Positions 45,421 to 59,852 of a stretch of DNA of 64,000 nucleotides are shown piece after piece. Made by a program: the position numbers and the translations under genes. Under the pieces are notes generated by a model that saw only the letters and a list, made by a program, of their open reading frames with translations, made no database searches and was not told the origin of the DNA. How positions within the stretch are numbered: position 1 is the stretch's first letter; each line of letters starts with the position of its first letter. Source of the stretch: Octopus vulgaris. Lineage: Eukaryota. The stretch covers positions 75,268,001-75,332,000 of the forward strand of contig OX597824.1 of assembly GCA_951406725.2 (NCBI GenBank). Reading direction: 5' to 3'.

Positions 45421-45602
45421 CAGCGTTACCGAAAGATTTTTCCAAAACCTGACAAATGTTTATCTCGAAACGTTACAAACGTAACAAAAACGTAACAAAT
45501 CTACGTAACAAATTCCAAAACGTAACAAAAGACGTAACAACGCATACATTTTGTCAAAAACGTAACAAATTTGTTACGAATGTAATAACTTTGACAACGC
45601 TG
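45421..45602. mobile_element. hAT-type MITE
   Basis: TIR CAGCGTT/AACGCTG, 8-bp TSD GTCTTGAC (45413-20, 45603-10), internal CGTAACAAA repeats. Nested just after a CAGTGGTTCTCAAC hAT-like end at ~45278. Confidence 0.85.
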
Positions 45603-46010
45603 GTCTTGACTGAATATTTTTCTCAGATCTCGACACTACAGTAAGCATATGATTTGCAGTCTGACCTATTCATTTGTGGAATGGGGCTTCTCGCGTGAAT
45701 GCAAGCATCTTCGTGATTGCGTACCTCTAATAGGAATTTCTTAGCTGCAGCCATAATAAGTTTGAGCCTGCCTGCCACAATCTCCAATACAGCGCGTTTT
45801 TGTGATATAAATGTGTATCTACTGAAATTAAAAACAGAGTCAATATTTTAAACTTTTATCTAACGGATCAGTCGTACAAATATTTGTTTGGTGAGTATTC
45901 TGCCTTAATCTAGTATATATAAATCACAATATGTGTGTGTATAATGACTAACGCATACATATATATAAAATTTAGAAACCTAGGTCTGACCGGAATAAAA
46001 TAACAAGTTA

Positions 46011-46307
46011 AAATAAATTACTCCATTATTACTGAGTTCATAATACATCTTTGGACAGATAAGTATACATTTTTATTTAAGAAATAATAATATAATCTAT
46101 ATAAGTATTGATTGATAAATATGAATTTCTAATTTTTTAATTTGTTAATGATAATTTAGATACGTATATTTATTTAATTATTATTATTTTATAATTATTA
46201 TATCTGAACTTAAATTGTAAAATATTAGTTTGTCACTTTGTGATTTAGATTGTAAAAAATATTTAGTATAAGTAAAGCTTTTTATTATATATTTAGTACT
46301 ATTAGAT

Positions 46308-46380
<73 letters not shown>

Positions 46381-46507
46381 TCGCAAATAATTTTATAAAC
46401 GATAAGTAATACGCTTTTAGTTTTGGAATTTTCAATTTTTTATTTCATAAATATTTTCGGAATGATATCTATTATATTTATTTAAGTAATAATGGAGTAA
46501 TTTATTT
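46011..46507. repeat. AT-rich segment bounded by perfect 23-bp inverted repeats (possible MITE)
   Basis: AAATAAATTACTCCATTATTACT (46011-33) / AGTAATAATGGAGTAATTTATTT (46485-507). Confidence 0.55.
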
Positions 46508-47396
46508 ATTTATTTATTTATTTATATATATTTATTTTTATGTTTATTGATTGAAAACTATGCATTTCTAATTGCTATATTTCCTGATTATAATTTAGAT
46601 ACATACTTTTATATAATTTTATAATTTTATTATTTTTTAATGATTATATACTCTCTTTACTCTTTTACTCTTTTACTTGTTTCAGTCATTTGACTGCGGC
46701 CATGCTGGAGCACTGCCTTTAGTCGAGTAACTCGACCCTGGGACTTATTCTTTTGTAAGCCTAGTACTTATTCTATCGGTCTCTTTTGCCGAACCGCTAG
46801 GTAACGGGGACATAACACACCAGCATCGGTTGTCAAGCAATACTAGGGGTACAAACACAGACACACAAACACACACACACATATATATACATATACATAT
46901 ATACGACGGGCTTCTTTCAGTTTCCGTCTACCAAATCCACTCACAAGGCTTTGGTCGGCTCGAGGCTATAGTAGAAGACACTTGCCCAAGGTGCCACGCA
47001 GTGGGACTGAACCCGGGATCATGTGGTTGGTAAACAAGCTACTTACCACACAGCCACAATCTAAAAATATTAAGTGTGATTATTTTGTAAAATAGTTTGT
47101 AAATTAAAATATTAGAGTATAGCTAGTGTAAAGATATTCTATAGTTTATTAATGTTTTTTCTTAAAGCTAAATTATATCTTCACGGAAAAATACATTTTT
47201 CTATCTATTTACTCGATTTTTTTTTGCCTTAAATATTAACCTGATAAATGTATTATAGGTATCTGCTCCTAATGCTTTAAATTTCAAATTTAGTTAATGG
47301 AGTTTCTTCTATAAGAACGAGCGTGATTTTATTTCTTTAAGAAATATTGTTTAATTCTATTTGATTATTTATCTAACTATTATTGTTATTATTGTT

Positions 47397-47498
47397 GACC
47401 TGAGGAGTGACTATACTTTAAAATAGAATTGTTTTTCGATTAAATTTAAATTTAATTGTAATTTGAATTTACATTATAGCCATGAAACGTACGTAGTC
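47397..47498 (+). ncRNA. Type I hammerhead, intact core
   Basis: GAC CTGAGGA [GTGACTATA/TATAGCCAT] GAAAC GTAC GTA|GTC. Palindromic ACGTACGT stem III. Confidence 0.7.
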
Positions 47499-47726
47499 TT
47501 TTTACTTAATGTATATTGTTTATTCATTTTTGTTCTTTTTGTGATCTAGTTATATGTTTTAAAATATATTTTATTTTTTATGTATAATTTGGTTTATGTC
47601 TATCATTGTTTGAATTGCATAATAGTGGCTTTTCTCTAATTTATATAAATATTACATATTTATATTGTGATATTTGATTTAATACTAAATTGAATTTTTC
47701 CCTGTAAGTTTGGAGTTATACTCCCA

Positions 47727-47806
<80 letters not shown>

Positions 47807-47841
47807 TATTATTATTATTATTATTATTATTATCATTATTA

Positions 47842-47904
<63 letters not shown>

Positions 47905-48017
47905 ATGGAGAAATTGTACACAATGTATAAATGGATGATGATTAAAGCAATGGCAAAATTTCGATTACCTGTTGTTATTCGTAGGTTTACTGCAGAAACT
48001 TCGTAGTGGCGGTTGAT

Positions 48018-48059
48018 GTACATGAAGAGACCCAGAACAGGTCGAAACATGTGTTGTAC
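48018..48059 (+). ncRNA. Decayed minimal type I hammerhead followed by AATAAA
   Basis: GTAC ATGAAGA [GACC/GGTC] GAAAC ATGT GTT|GTAC. C3 changed to A. Confidence 0.6.
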
Positions 48060-48103
48060 CCAATAAATTCTATTACACATTCCATCTCCTACTTTATCAA
48101 TGC

Positions 48104-48169
<66 letters not shown>

Positions 48170-48869
48170 CGACGGGCTTCATTCAATTTTCGTCTACCAA
48201 ATCTACTCACAAGGCCTTCGTCAGCCCAAGGTTATAATAGAAGACATTTATCCAAGGTGTCACGCAGTGGGACTGAACTGGAAACGTGTGGTTGGGAAGC
48301 AAGCTTCCTACTACACAGCCACTCCTGCGCCAATATAGACGAATTTTACTTGATTCAGTCATTTAACTGCGGCCATGCTGGAGCACCGCATTTAGTCGAG
48401 CAAATCGATCCCAGGACTTATTCTTTGTTAGCCTGGTACTTATTCTATCGGTCTCTTTTTGCCGAACCGCTAATTTACGGGAACGTAAACACACCAACAT
48501 CGGTTGTCAAGCGATGTTGGGGAGACATACACACACACACACACATATATATATACAACGGGCTTCTTTCAGTTTCCGTCTGCCAATCCACTCACAAGGC
48601 TTTTGTCGGCCCAAGACTATAGTAGAAGACACTTGCTCAAGGTGCCAGGCAGTGGGACTGAACCCGGAACCATGTGGCTAGTAAGCAAGCTACTTACCAC
48701 ACAGCCACTCCTGTTTTAGAAGAGGCAACTTATAACTGTCCTGGATTGTTTTAAGTTTCGTAAATCATTGCTCTACATCTAAAAAGTTGACCTGACAACT
48801 TTTGTCATTCCATATTGAAGGAGACAGTTGAAAAAGCATTCTGAACACACCCCACTAAACACTGCTTGT

Positions 48870-49767
48870 CACAGTCTGATCAATAAGTGACCGGACTGTT
48901 GCCATAATAATTAAGCTAAAGCACGGAGAATGAAGCCGCTTGGTACAAATTGACCTTGGACTCTGTTGTGCATGCGCACTAAATTTTAACTTTGTAGCTC
49001 ACTTCCGCTGTTTACAGCAGTGCTTGGAAGGAACATGTGTAGTGTGTGATCGTCGCATTAATCAAAATAGAGAGAAAGTTAAGCAGAGAATCTGCATCAA
49101 ATTTTGCCAAAAACTTGGTGATACCTGCGCAGAGACCTACAAAGTTTTCAAAAAATTTTCATTGTTTTCCACACAATCAAGGAGATCTTGTGCAACTGAA
49201 ACCCGAGTGTCTTTTTGGTCAGCTGAAAGTAGTTTTGACACAAACTTGGCAGACACGCGTCTCGTACCCAAATCCTCAATGATAATGGACTGAACTGAAC
49301 CGTAACTAATCTGTACATCCTCTGATAACTCTCGGATGGTTATTCGATGATTTCTCTCACAGCTGCGTGCACATCTGCGTTATTTTGCACAGTTCTGCTG
49401 GTTGCGGGTCTCCCAGAACGTTCGTCAATACCAATATTTTTCGACCATCTTGGAAATGTCTGAACCACTCGTACACTTGTGTGCGGTTCATACAATCCCC
49501 TCCATACACTTTCTGCAACTTTGCGAAGGCCTCTGAGCAGGTGTCGCCATGACAACTTCCAACGTCATGGTCAATGCGACAATCACGCGTTACACACCTT
49601 CCTTTCAAGCATTGCTGTAAACAGCGGAAGTGGGCTACAAAGTTAAAACTTTGTGCGCATGCATAACAGAATTGAAGGCCTATCTTTACCAAGCGGGTTT
49701 ACTCTGCTTGCTTTAGCTTCGTTACTATGGCAGCAGCCCGGATACTTATTGATAAGACCTCCTGTGT
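48870..49767. mobile_element. Mariner-derived palindromic element: two left ends facing each other
   Basis: ~190-bp inverted arms (48870-49060 / 49570-49765). Transposase N-terminal relics on both strands (QRICIKFCQKLGDTCAETY +; GDTCSEAFAKLQKVYG..VYEWFRHF -). Confidence 0.85.
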
Positions 49768-50625
49768 ATGTATGTAGTAATATAAATGTCATAAGTGTAT
49801 ATACATACACACATATATATTCATATATACATATATATGTATGCATGTATGTATGTATGTATGTATGTATGAATGTCATGGAAATATCAAAATGAAGGCG
49901 TGCATAGACACACGCATACACAGACTCACACACACAAGCACGCACATACGCACGCACGCAAGCACGCACACACTCACTCACTACTCTCTCTTATTCACAC
50001 ACACACTCACTCACTACTCTCTCTTATTCACACACACACACACGCACACTTATGTGGCGACTTAATTATTTTATGCTGAACAGGTCATCGAAATGTACTT
50101 TTAATTAGTATTCAGACAGTCTCGGCTTCTGGCTTGAATCAAGATCACGTGATGCGAACACGTCACTGGACACAAAGATTCGAACCAACAGATGTTGATA
50201 CTATCTGTACTTTATTCATTAGTAGATGTTGTTGTTGTTGGTGGTGGTGGTGGCGGCGGTGGGGTGGGTTGGGGGTGGGTTGGGGTGGTTACTGTTGTTG
50301 TTCTTGCTTTTGTTCGCCGCTATCTTTACTGCTGTAGTTTTTCTTTCTTCTTGTTGTTGTTGATGTTGTTGCTTCTGTCAGAGATACCGTGGTTAAGGCG
50401 GCCATCTTACAGAATCGTTTACTTGTTTCAGTCATTTGACTGCGGCCATGCTGGAGCACCGCACCGCCTTTTTTTTTTAGTCGAGCAAATCGACCCCCAG
50501 GACTTATCATTTGTAAGCCTAGTACTTATTCTATCGATCTCTTTTTGCCGAACCGCTAAGTTACGGGGACGTAAACACACCAGCATCGGTTGTCCAGCGA
50601 TGTTGGGGAGACAAACACAGGCACA

Positions 50626-50689
<64 letters not shown>

Positions 50690-51040
50690 CATATATACGA
50701 CGGGCTTCTTTCAGTTTCCGTCCACCAAATCCACTCACAAAGCTTTGGTCGGCCCGAGGCTATAGTAGAAGACACTTGCCCAAGGTGCCATGCAGTGGGA
50801 CTGAACCCGGAACCATGTGGTTGTTAATCAAGCTACTTATCACACACCCACTCCTTCGCAGTATTTCGTCCATCTTTATGTTCTGAGTTCGAATTCCGCC
50901 GACATTGTCTTTGCTCTTCATCCTTTCGCGGTCGAGAAGATAAATTGCAATTGAGTACTGGGGTCAATATAATAAACTTGCCCTCTGCCTCGAATTTACT
51001 GACATTGTGCCAAAATTGTTGTTGTTGTTGTTATTATTAA

Positions 51041-51109
<69 letters not shown>

Positions 51110-51110
<1 letters not shown>

Positions 51111-51321
51111 TATGTTTGACTTTTGCTTTATATTTGTACAAGTTGGCTCCAAGTCTCACCCAGAGACCTCAAGAGACAACAAGTTGGAAGTTCATGTTGT
51201 TGTTATGCCTAGTGTGTCATATATTGGGGGGGGGGGTGTTGTACTAATGAATGTCTAAAAAAAATTTTTTTTTTTTTTTTTAACCGAAAATTGTTTGTTT
51301 TAAACCTTGAGATTACATAGA

Positions 51322-51397
<76 letters not shown>

Positions 51398-51845
51398 TTA
51401 TGTTTAACTTTTGCTTTGCTCCAAGTCTCATCCAGTGACCTCAAGAGACAACGAGTTAGAAGTTCATGTTGGTGTTATGTCTAGGGTGCCATATATTTGG
51501 TTTTGTACGTAGTGTTGTTCTGGAGAATGTTTAAGAAACCATAAGAAAATTATGTGTTTGTTTTAAAATTTGAGATTACATAGACAGTATTTTACGTAGG
51601 ATATGGGCAGTTTCCACGAGCACTATCTTTTGAATTTCTGCCATTTTGGGGGTTTCCTGGTATCTGAGCTAGGTAGCAATCAGCCTCTTCCTAGGGCACC
51701 TATGACAACAGGTATTGTTTTAGTCCTCAGGTTCCATATTTTGCTAATTTCTATTTCAAGATCTTTATACTTGCTCAGTTTTTGGTAGGTCTTGACAGAT
51801 ACGTTTAAATCGATTGGGACAGTCATATCAATGAGGAGGCAATGT
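51110..51845 (-). pseudogene. Two tandem R4/Dong LINE 3' ends, each followed by (AAT)n
   Basis: CLLIDMTVP..KLSKYKDLEIEISKIWNLRTKTIPVVIGALG..EIQKIVLVETAHILRKILSM* (stop 51576-78). A second, UTR-only copy lies at 51110-51325. Confidence 0.85.
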
Positions 51846-52346
51846 TAACCATTTTAGAAACAGCAGAGCGAGCGATGTCATAAGGAGCTTTTTCAGTTTT
51901 GAAGGAAAGAAAAAAACAAACAAACAAACAAAAACATGTTATTTGTTATTGGACAAATACTAAAGTTCTCTACGAATATGTTAACCATTTTGGTTTCTAT
52001 AGAAACATCATGTTGTTGCTTTTGTTGCTATGATCAACGACATTCCAAACTGTGACCATTTCGACTGCATTTTTTTTTTCTTTTTACAGTATAGTCCATT
52101 CTGTTTAATTCCGTATCTTATAGACGCATCAGGCCGCCGCTTTCCCGGTTTCGGTGGAGTGTAAATTCCCACTCTCACTCCTTAGATGGGATGCCAGTCC
52201 GTTGCAAGAATACACACTTTTGTCAGTTGAATAGACTGGAACAACGTGAATTAAATATTTTTCTGAACACAGGAATCGAAACCACAATCTTACGATCATG
52301 AATCCAACACCCTAACCACTAAACCGCACGCCTCCCCAACATAGCG

Positions 52347-52423
52347 TATCAAGGACTTCATTGTCCAATATGACCTTGCTCGAGTCTGGTCTCATTTGAC
52401 GGAACTTTGGCTGCTATTTCTAG
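52347..52423. repeat. 77-bp exact direct repeat, copy 1 (copy 2 at 54245-54321)
   Basis: Identical by inspection. Confidence 0.9.
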
Positions 52424-52683
52424 CAGTACTTTAATAGTATCGGATAAATAAAATTCTTTTATAAAGCAAGTTGCAAGAATATTTGAAAGAATAAAAAAAA
52501 AAAATCCTTTCTTTGTCTTTGATCAGACGTAGAACTCTTGCCAACTCTATCGTGGATTCCAAAAATATTGACTAATATTGTCTCTTCTTATTCTTTCTCC
52601 TTCTTCGTTTTCTTTTTTCTTTCCTTTCTCCCGTGTATCTTCTGAATGGAATTAGAAGACATCAGTAAATAAATAAGTTATCG

Positions 52684-52726
<43 letters not shown>

Positions 52727-52740
52727 TATTATTATTATTA

Positions 52741-52815
<75 letters not shown>

Positions 52816-52819
52816 GTAC

Positions 52820-54080
52820 ACACAATAGATTAGACTGTTGGAAAAGAAAAAAAAATCCTAACATCTGGCTACAACAAGTAACCTTAGATGCCAAGAACTC
52901 TTCTAAGTGTTCTAGCTGTCCCTAATAACACTGTTTTCTGCAGCTGTACTAAATTGGGGTTTATAACTATTTCCTCTATCCATCTGTTCAGATCTTTAGG
53001 GATAGTTCCCAGTGCACCCACAACTACTGGGATACATTTTACCTGCACTTTCCATAGTCTCTGTACTTCAAAGGCTAGGTCCTGGTACTTTGCTTATTTT
53101 TTCTGTACCTCTCATATTGATTCTTTCATCATCTGAGACTGTAAAGTCATTTATCTGGTACTTTCTGTTCTCTACTACTACTAAATCAGGCATTCTAGCA
53201 TCTATTACTCTGTCAGTCCCACATCTTGTATTTCTTACTTTCTAGCACTTTACTCGGTTCATGTTCATACCATTTATTAATATGTCCAAATCCAAGTATT
53301 CTACAAAGCTCCCAGTGGATTACTCTCCCTAGATTTTCATGTCTTTTATTGTATTATTTCTGTGCCAGCGTGCTACATTCACTTACTATACGAGTAACGC
53401 TTTCCTCTTTTGATTTGCATAATCTACATTGGGAATCTACTTGGTGATTCTCTATCTTGGCTTTTATCTAATTAGTCCTAAATGCTTTATCTTGTGCAGC
53501 TACTAACAAACTCTCTGTCTCCCTTTTCAGCTTTCCTCTCAGCAACTATAGTCATGTCTCACAACTACTATTTGCAGTAAATATCTTTGGGAATCTACCA
53601 TGTCAGTTAGATAGCTTCTGTTCTTTTTTCTGTTTTATTTTAACTTCGTTTGGGTTTTTGGTTTCTCTACGTTTTGCTGTAACACTAGCAGTTTTTAATA
53701 AACTTTCTTCACTATTACCTAGAAAGGAGTCTATATCAACTCTAGCTAACTCCAGTCTTCTACTGATATTAACCCTCTTTCGCCTTCCTTTCTAGGTATG
53801 TATAATCTTGCTACTCCTGCCTTTGGGCGGAGTCCTCCATTTATATTGAATTCCTTCTTAGTTCTTCAGTCAAGCTTTGCTAATTCAGTTTTTGTTCAAT
53901 CTATAAAAGCTGCTGAGTATCTAAGTAATGATACTGCCAAAATATTTACATCCTTCACTAGATTCGGACCATTTAATGTTGACTTCATTAGCTTTCTCAC
54001 GCTTCTGATGTACTCCTCAATTTTCGTTTTCATTTTTGTAGTGACTAGTGTGTCTATTTCTTTCAACTATCACATCTCTG
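52820..54080 (-). pseudogene. R4/Dong-clade LINE 3' fragment, degraded
   Basis: C-terminus VQLQKTVLLGTARTLRRVLGI* (stop 52884-86), IPVVVGALGTIPK upstream. (AAT)n tail. Confidence 0.82.
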
Positions 54081-54736
54081 ATGTGTCAGTTAGAGTGAGA
54101 GAAAGGGCTACGTAGTACTCGTGTAGCAGTACTCGTCTGCTGAGTTGGCTTGAGCAACGTGAAATGAGATTCCTTCACCATCTCGTCCAAGGTTCCACGC
54201 AATGGGACTGAACCCAGAACCATGTGGTTGGTAAGCAAGCTACTTATCAAGGACTTCATTGTCCAATATGACCTTGCTCGAGTCTGGTCTCATTTGACGG
54301 AACTTTGGCTGCTATTTCTAGGATCATAAGCTCAGCAACCTCTCTATTAAACCACATACCTTCACAATAGTAATACCTAACAACAATGACTAGTGCAGGT
54401 ATTTCAAATACCACACAACATAAATTCATGATTTATTACAATCGTTTCCAACTTTGGAGGGTGTGTCATAATTATTAAAAGGCGATTAAAACCAGCTCCA
54501 TACGAAAAGGGGATATAATCTCAAGAATCAAAGTTGACAAACCATTAAAGAAAAGAACATGCTTAAAAGGATGTCCAAAATGGCGGTGAACAGATAACTT
54601 ACATGTAACGCCAGATCTCTCTGACATACCAATGAGGTATATCTTAACACAACAGGAAGTTTATCAGAGTTATCTGTTATTGTAATATTGAATAATAAAC
54701 TTGCACAAAGTTTGTCAGGATATTCTTTTCCGCATT

Positions 54737-54803
54737 CCTTTCTGTAGAAGTGCGTCAGCTCGAAACATCAAAGACTCTTCTATTTTTTCCTGAGCGTCAT
54801 AAA
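54737..54803 (+). ncRNA. Decayed type I hammerhead (same family as 33385/63793)
   Basis: CTGTAGAAGTGC..GCTCGAAAC..CCTGAGCGTC. Confidence 0.5.
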
Positions 54804-54979
54804 TAATACACTTTATTTTTTTCCCATCTGCCTGTGTTTTCTGCTTTGTTTTTTCTTTTTTTTTTGTTTTTCTTTTTTTGGTACAATTTTGAACAATATA
54901 GCTGTTGTAGTAAATTAACCTACCTCAGGTCCTCGGTGAATTGAGAATATTAAAAAAATTATATATATATATATATATA

Positions 54980-55035
54980 TATCCTTACCTTCGGAACGCG
55001 GAGTAGATAAAACAGGGGATAACTGATGAAGGAAA
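54980..55035 (+). ncRNA. Non-circularly permuted hammerhead, 5'-truncated at predicted cleavage site
   Basis: (TA)n-TATCCT..CCTTC GGAACGCG..GGGATAA CTGATGA AGG. Homologous to 63276-63338. Confidence 0.55.
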
Positions 55036-55174
55036 CGTTCTTTATGCTGCATGTCTCGTTTCTGTTTGTTTTTTTCGTTGTTCGAAAAAAAAGATCGTTT
55101 TCTTTTTGTTTTTTATGTTCTCAATTCTCATTCTGTCTACGTTCTTTTTATGTCCTGTAGCCATATATGCATGT

Positions 55175-55221
<47 letters not shown>

Positions 55222-55291
55222 TATGTACATCTATGTATGTATATATGCATATATTTATATTATTATATGATCGAATGCCACGCATCCTTTT

Positions 55292-55381
<90 letters not shown>

Positions 55382-56762
55382 AATAAATAAATAAAGAAAG
55401 AAAGATAGATAGCGGGAAAGATAGGTATATATACACAGGAAGCAATTCAATGGAAAAGTGGTAATTATTGCTTTTTTTGTGAGTCATGGATCTAAGCCAA
55501 ATATGTTTGTACAGAAAAATCGGGACGAATACAGGCATATAATTAATTCTGTAGTGCAAATCAGATCCTACTATGTAATTCCTGTCATCATGCTACATTA
55601 TACTGTGGGTGAAAAACATTGTAATCAATTAATACTTGTCGAACATAGGGGAAAAAATCACCTTAGTTCAATGGCTAATACTATTTTAATCTTACCTGTA
55701 CGGCAAACAGGGGAGATAACTCTGCACTCGTTTCGAAGACATTGAAACTCTTCAGCTACGTCTAGTTTTCTGCGTGTTTTGCGAGATTAGGTATCCTACT
55801 TGGGCAACAGACGTAAACGAATTGTCCAATTTTACACCACGGCCTGTTCCACGAATGCTTATAGTGCAATCCTCTTTCTTGCGGGCATTCATGCATGATC
55901 TCTGGTTCGTTGATAGCTTCCAACGTTCTCCTTTCTTTCACTCCCGCTATTCTCGGGGACGCTGAAAAGAACCATCGGTTTTGTACTTCTCCCCGATTAA
56001 TAAAAGACTCGCTAGACAGACTCTTTACTCTCTCTTTACTCTCTTTTACTTGTTTCATTCATTTGACTGCGACCATGCTGGAGCACCGCCTTTAGTCAAG
56101 CAAATCGACCCCAGAGCTTATTCTTTCTAAGCCTAGTACTTATTCTATCGGTCTCTTTTTGCCGAACCGCTAATTTACGGGGACGTAAACAAACCAGCAC
56201 CGGTTGTCAAGCGATGTTGGGGGGACAAACACAGACACACAAACATATACACACACATACATATATACGACGGACTTCTTTCAGTTTCCGTCTACCAAAT
56301 CCACTCACACGGCTTTGGTCGGCCCGAGGCTATAGTAGAAGACACTTGCTCAAGGTGCCATGAAGTGGGACTGAATCCGGAACCATGTGGTCCGTAAGCA
56401 AGCTACTTACCACTCAGCCACTCCTACGTGAACTATGCTTTCTTCAATCTAAAGTACAATTCTTAGCAAACAGTATTTTGGCGGTTTTCTTACTTTCCTG
56501 GTTTGATTTGTTTTGTTTTGTTCGTTGGTTTTTTTCCCCCTTTTGTTTTTTATTTATTTTGCTTGTCAAAACAATAAAGACACTTCATAATTTCTTGTTC
56601 ATTGCTTGTACAAATGTTTGATATATATACTCCCGGCCCACGTATGTCTGAGTGTATAATACATAAGTGTGTCTGTGTGTGCTTATGTGTACTTGCGTGT
56701 ACTTGTATATCTATTTACATACATATATATTTATACAATAAACATGTATATATATATATATT

Positions 56763-56865
<103 letters not shown>

Positions 56866-56956
56866 ATGTATATATATATATGCATATATATATATGTATA
56901 TATATATATTTATATATATATATACATATATATATATACATATATATATATATACG

Positions 56957-56989
<33 letters not shown>

Positions 56990-57002
56990 ATATATATATG
57001 TA

Positions 57003-57033
<31 letters not shown>

Positions 57034-57088
57034 ATATGTATATATGTACATACACGCACGTACATACACGCACACACACTCACACGTA

Positions 57089-57203
<115 letters not shown>

Positions 57204-58149
57204 CATTTATTCATATCGGTGGTATTAATTTTCATCGAAAGTAGCAGTCTTGACAATTCCACACTGCCAAGGGGCATGATAAATTATAGGTGGAGAGTAA
57301 CACATTCACTTACAAGACATTTGTGTCTTTTTCAAATTGCGCTATTAAGCAAACTCACAATATTGCACCGTCGGTAAATGAATATCTGGTAAGTCGTAGA
57401 TGTTTGGTTCGAGTCTTGCCATTAAAAATCAGAATTTGGTTTTTTTTTTCTTTTTCGACTGAAATTACTGTTTATATAAACAGCACGTTGCTTAACTTTG
57501 TATCAAAAGTTTTTTTGTCGTAAATATTTATAATTTATTTAAATTCATGAATTTCATTTTTCATCAGAAATATCGAATTTTACAATGATATTCTGATATA
57601 CATAATTTATGGCTACATGTTAATTTTCGCACGTAAAGCTGACAAATTATATATATTATGCAGCAACAGAGATTTTTATATAAATAATAAAGACACTAGT
57701 TCTTTGTAGACACTAGCACTAAGTAGAAAAGTGACAAACGCTTATACAACACGAGTACCACCCACTGAATCTCCGTGATCTGATCCTGGTTACAGGAAGA
57801 AGCGAGATGACCAAGTTATCACGCAAAACCATAGGTTTTACATCAGAGTATTTCTCTCCTAAAAGGATACTGTGACAACACGGCTAGGAAACCTTCACTC
57901 CTGGTGGTTTTATCGTGCGACCTGACAGCAACCAAGACTATTTCTGCATCTCTACGCTCGAATGGAATTGTCAACGTACATGCTAGTTAACCCATAGCTG
58001 GAATACTGACAAATGTGACTACTCCGGGTCAGAGCTGACCTAGGAACAATAGTGGCTAAGAGATAATTCTATAATCCTCAAAACCCCGGAATTCTCGAAT
58101 CAGGGCCCCCACTACCGAATGGAGCTTAAAGTCATTCTTAGGACATGCA

Positions 58150-58461
58150 TATTTTTTTTATATATTTGTTGCTTCTCGAGCCCTGCCTGGATTATAAGGG
58201 CCGGTTTTCTGGTTTCCTTGGCGTATAGATTCCCCACCTGGACGGGACGCCAGTCCGTCGCAGGTGAGCTGCAAGATGCAGGAGGAAAGAGTGAAAGTTG
58301 TGGCGAAAGAGTCGAGCAGAAGTTCGCCATTACCTTCTGCCGGAGCCGCGTGGAGCTTAGGTGTTACGCTCATAAACACACACATCGCCTGGTCTGAGAT
58401 TCGAACCTGCGATCCCTGGACCGCGAGTCCGCTGCTCTAACCACTAGGCCATGTACCTCCA
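58150..58461 (-). mobile_element. tRNA-derived SINE (variant of GGAGGCGC family)
   Basis: Head GGAGGTACATGGCCTAGTGGTTAGAGCAGCGGACTCGCGG on the minus strand. Related copy at 52130-52336. Confidence 0.8.
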
Positions 58462-59813
58462 CAGGACATGCATACACGTATATTGACATGTTTTCGTGTA
58501 AATATACAGAGAACACTAAGGCCAGCAGCTTCGTGGGAGGGTCACTGTCAATTGCATCGACCCCAGTGCTCAACTAGTACTTATTTTATCGACACTGAAA
58601 GGACGAAAGGCAACACCAATACGGGTGGAATTTGAACTCAGGACGTAAAGGCAGATGAAATACCGATAAAATTTTTTGCTCGGTGTGCTAACGATTCCGC
58701 CAGCTTGCCGTCATGCAAGGAAGAATAATTATATTAATACAGAATAAAGCTTTTCTGAGATCTGTAACTATTGCAACACAGCACATCTTGAATGTAACAT
58801 AATGTCTCATTTCATAAGCAAACAAAACAAAATAAAAAAAATATGAATTCTATGCTTTTTTTGCCCTTATCTTTTGCAATCCTTGAGCAAGAAATATGTG
58901 CAAAATTATTTAACAAAAAAAAAAAAAAATCCCAAAACACAGAAAATCCCTTAAACTCTCAGGATGCAACATTTCTGTGAAAGATATTACGCGTGATCAG
59001 CGTCTTCCCAAATGTACTATCTTCAAATGTGGCATGATATTGTTGTTGTTGTTAAGCAATATACAATGCTATCAGCAGGAAAGATTGCTATTGGACAAAT
59101 GAAGAAAAGTGTCCTTGCGATTAAATACGCACATACATATCAACACAATGAATTTTGGCGAATTATTCCCATAAATTCTTCCACCAAGTGCAAGTATGAA
59201 AAGCCGGAGATTCTGTTTGAGACAGCAGAAATGAAAAATTAATAGCCATAGAAGACAGCTGGCTTGCCAGAGGTAAACATTCCTTTTAAAAATCATTGGA
59301 AAGGAATGTATTTGTGGACGGCCTCTTATGTACCTGCAGCTTCTCTGCTTTGAATACCATTCCGTTCTAACCAAAGGAGGGTACATGGGATAATATAGTC
59401 ACCGACGTGCAAAGAGACGGAATGATCACAACAGGAAAGTCTTTGATTACATATCAGCTTTATCAAGGCTGACCTGGAGGTGAGCAACAACAACAACAAC
59501 AACTGACTTCTCTACGAGAAAGAAATGGAAGAAAACATGGAGTTGTTATGAGAGAGGAGGATAGTCAATAGGTAGTTCACTCTAGTAATGAAGTATGTTT
59601 GAAGAATATATATAAATATATATATATATATTTCAATATAGAAAATTACCCTTTAACAGATAATTTTTACATGCTAGAAATAGCAGCCAACACGGCCAAA
59701 AACCACAATTTAATAGCAAATTTCGAAGTAGATGAAAAATAAAAACCTTTATATATATATATATATGTATGTATGTATGTATATACCACAAAGACGCATA
59801 CATTTACACATAT

Positions 59814-59852
<39 letters not shown>

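Noticed and set aside
45470-45590. CRISPR-like or iteron-like CGTAACAAA repeats
   Set aside because: Short, irregularly spaced subterminal repeats inside a hAT MITE; eukaryotic context.
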